Assembly (NCBI GenBank): GCA_963745835.1
Contig: CAVUZH010000013.1
Span: 96,001-160,000 of the forward strand
Origin: an uncultured delta proteobacterium
GTDB taxonomy: Bacteria > Desulfobacterota > Binatia > UBA9968
Length of the DNA stretch: 64,000 nucleotides
Direction of reading: 5' to 3'
Shown: positions 62,339 to 64,000 of the stretch, one piece after another
How positions within the stretch are numbered: position 1 is the first letter of the stretch
Layout: every line of letters starts with the position of its first letter
The notes under the pieces: generated by a model
Told to the model about the DNA's origin: nothing
The model's database searches: none
What the model saw: the letters and a program-made list of their open reading frames with translations, nothing else
Position numbers and translations under genes: made by a program

Positions 62339-62685
62339 GACCTACCTCCGGGTGATTTGTCTATTCTGGCCGGAGGCTAAGTTGCCCGCGGGGCTCATGT
62401 CAAGCGGTTTGAGAGAAGCTAATCAAAGAGACGCCATATGACACCGAAGCAATTAGATTTGAATTGATCGACGCTTCAACTAAATTCAAGAGGTCTGATG
62501 ATAGGATCAGATGGTCGGTTCTAACTTTGAATGCCCCCACCACTTTTGTTAACGTCCGCAAATTTCCGCGGCGAATGCGCTGCCTTAAAAACGTTAATGG
62601 AACTGTAGCTAAATAGTACTGCCTATTGGCAGCCTGCAGATGCAGCGAAATATGAAAACTTTCGACAAGACTACGGTCGGGGGAT

Positions 62686-62934
62686 TTACAGATTGGGATC
62701 AAAATCGATGACGATCTCAGAAGATGCTTCGGGGTAAAGTTTCTTCGCCCATGCGAGCAGATCTTCTGCGCTTCTACGCTCGCATTGAATGTTTACCACC
62801 GTATAGTCGCCTTCCGCATTGCTTACGTCTGTAATTACCCCGGCTTTCAAAAGTTGATACTCGTTGCTGACGCTTTTGCAACGGCTCAGAAGGCCATTGT
62901 AAAGCTCTATTGGGATTGTGACCAGAACGCTCAT
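62686..62934 (-). CDS. Small hypothetical protein (82 aa)
   Basis: Compact ORF with globular composition, on the same strand as its neighbours. Confidence 0.6.
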   Translation of the reverse strand: MSVLVTIPIELYNGLLSRCKSVSNEYQLLKAGVITDVSNAEGDYTVVNIQCERRSAEDLLAWAKKLYPEASSEIVIDFDPNL

Positions 62935-63004
62935 ATTTCACGACTTCCAGTTAGTCGACTGACCAAGCCGCGCCAGCTGTTACAGGTGCTAAAAAGTTAC
63001 TTCT

Positions 63005-63025
63005 CAAGCCGGTTGTTGGACGGCA
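63005..63025 (-). mobile_element. Truncated attC (left half only)
   Basis: TGCC-GTCCAAC-aaccggcttg follows the TIR gene stop and resembles the left arm of attC 40856-40918. No matching right arm was seen. Confidence 0.55.
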
Positions 63026-63778
63026 TCAAACTTTAGCCTTCAACTTTGCTGCCCATTGTCGTCCGAGATCCGTTAGCGCAACTATATCTGCAATGTCATA
63101 CACCCCATCTGATTTGAGCTCTCCAATATTCCGGCCACTGTGCTTTCGAATCAGTCCTATCGAACGGAGATGTCGCAGTTCTGAACGGACAATACCACCG
63201 CCTTTGTAGCCCCTCGTCTTGCCATCTGCGATATTTAGGAGGTGCTTCTGCTCTGGTTCTGGGATCAAGACTGATAGCACTAAACCTATGTCTTGCGGGT
63301 TCGGCACCGCCGCGTCATGTAACACTGCGTGCTTACGAATTGTAGTACGAATATCGTGACACGCTGGGCCCAACGCGGCTTGAAGTCGATCGGGTCGAGA
63401 AGGCGGCTGGAACCTCGCGGTCGTAATGCCAAGCAAGTCAGTGGGCAGGTGGAAGTCCGCCGAATCTTTCGGCATCAATATGAAACTACGGTCTCGACCA
63501 AGACGTCCGATGAAAAGACCAAGTTCAAAAACAACATTGTCCCTGGCCGTCACCATTTCCATGCCACGTATTTTGATCAGGTCATCGGGACCGAAAATGA
63601 ACAAGCCGAATTCTGTGTCTTCGAGCGCCTCCAGTAACGATTCAAGATAGGACTTGGTCAGCTCAAAGATACCTTGCGTCCATACAATGACTTCCGCCAC
63701 GTCCTCAAGGTTTTTCTGAGCTGCGTATGCCACGTCGAGACTCTCAGACGAAGATCCAACAAAAAGGGCTGGTTTCAT
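63026..63778 (-). CDS. Cap12/Pycsar-type TIR-like domain protein with a short C-terminal domain
   Basis: FVGSSSE, W...F, FIFGPDD, RDNVVFELGLFIGRLGRDR and LPTDLLGIT. Confidence 0.88.
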   Translation of the reverse strand: MKPALFVGSSSESLDVAYAAQKNLEDVAEVIVWTQGIFELTKSYLESLLEALEDTEFGLFIFGPDDLIKIRGMEMVTARDNVVFELGLFIGRLGRDRSFILMPKDSADFHLPTDLLGITTARFQPPSRPDRLQAALGPACHDIRTTIRKHAVLHDAAVPNPQDIGLVLSVLIPEPEQKHLLNIADGKTRGYKGGGIVRSELRHLRSIGLIRKHSGRNIGELKSDGVYDIADIVALTDLGRQWAAKLKAKV

Positions 63779-63799
63779 CGACAGTACCTTTCTGCTGCC

Positions 63800-63989
63800 G
63801 TCTAACTATTAGGTGAGCCGACGTAGGCAGCGAGAATTAGCGGTCAGCCTATCTCCGCGACGGCTCGGACAAAAATGGTCCAAATCATTCGCAATATCCA
63901 TCAGGTAACCGAGCTTTGTCAACGTAAGTCTCCGCGAAAAGCCGACCGGCACGGCGACATATCTACTTAACAATCGGCGGCTTATTTCG
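63800..63989 (-). repeat. attI-like leader element, copy 2
   Basis: Ends in the consensus core site GTTAGAC at the cassette start. Homologous to 40036-40223. Confidence 0.6.
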
Positions 63990-64000
63990 GCCAGACCATC

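Overview
Bacterial chromosomal DNA, inferred (not proven) to be from a deltaproteobacterial-type lineage such as Ca. Binatia, given the orphan ABC/Bug solute-binding proteins and the poly-GAF kinase. About 1-22.6 kb is mostly housekeeping: etfAB, an orphan PaaA/BoxB-like di-iron protein, pncB, fabF-fabH, HDAC, tatA/B-tatC, pyruvoyl arginine decarboxylase, a three-gene acyl-CoA carboxylase, an M24 peptidase, pgeF, an aas-type fusion, bioB and cobB. About 22.6-64 kb is accessory: many small detoxification-type genes (GFA, VOC, GST, SRPBCC, DoxX), a BNR-propeller/MoaD pair, ppk1, two related MITEs, dispersed integron-cassette signatures with no integrase in the window, a roughly 8.4 kb histidine kinase gene with about 15 GAF domains, and a cassette-borne Cap12/Pycsar-type TIR protein. 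Several genes have small frameshifts that look like sequencing indels. The most striking unannotated item is a self-contained, roughly 200-nt minus-strand transcription unit at 15029-15262. It has a near-consensus sigma70 promoter, a 17-nt complement of the 16S rRNA 3' end, a 14-codon CxxC micro-ORF, two mutually exclusive helices at the stop codon and an intrinsic terminator. Second is a roughly 190-bp attI-like leader found twice (40036-40223 and 63800-63989), each time directly in front of a cassette-shaped gene. No rRNA, tRNA or CRISPR array was seen. All family calls come from motif recognition by eye, not database searches.
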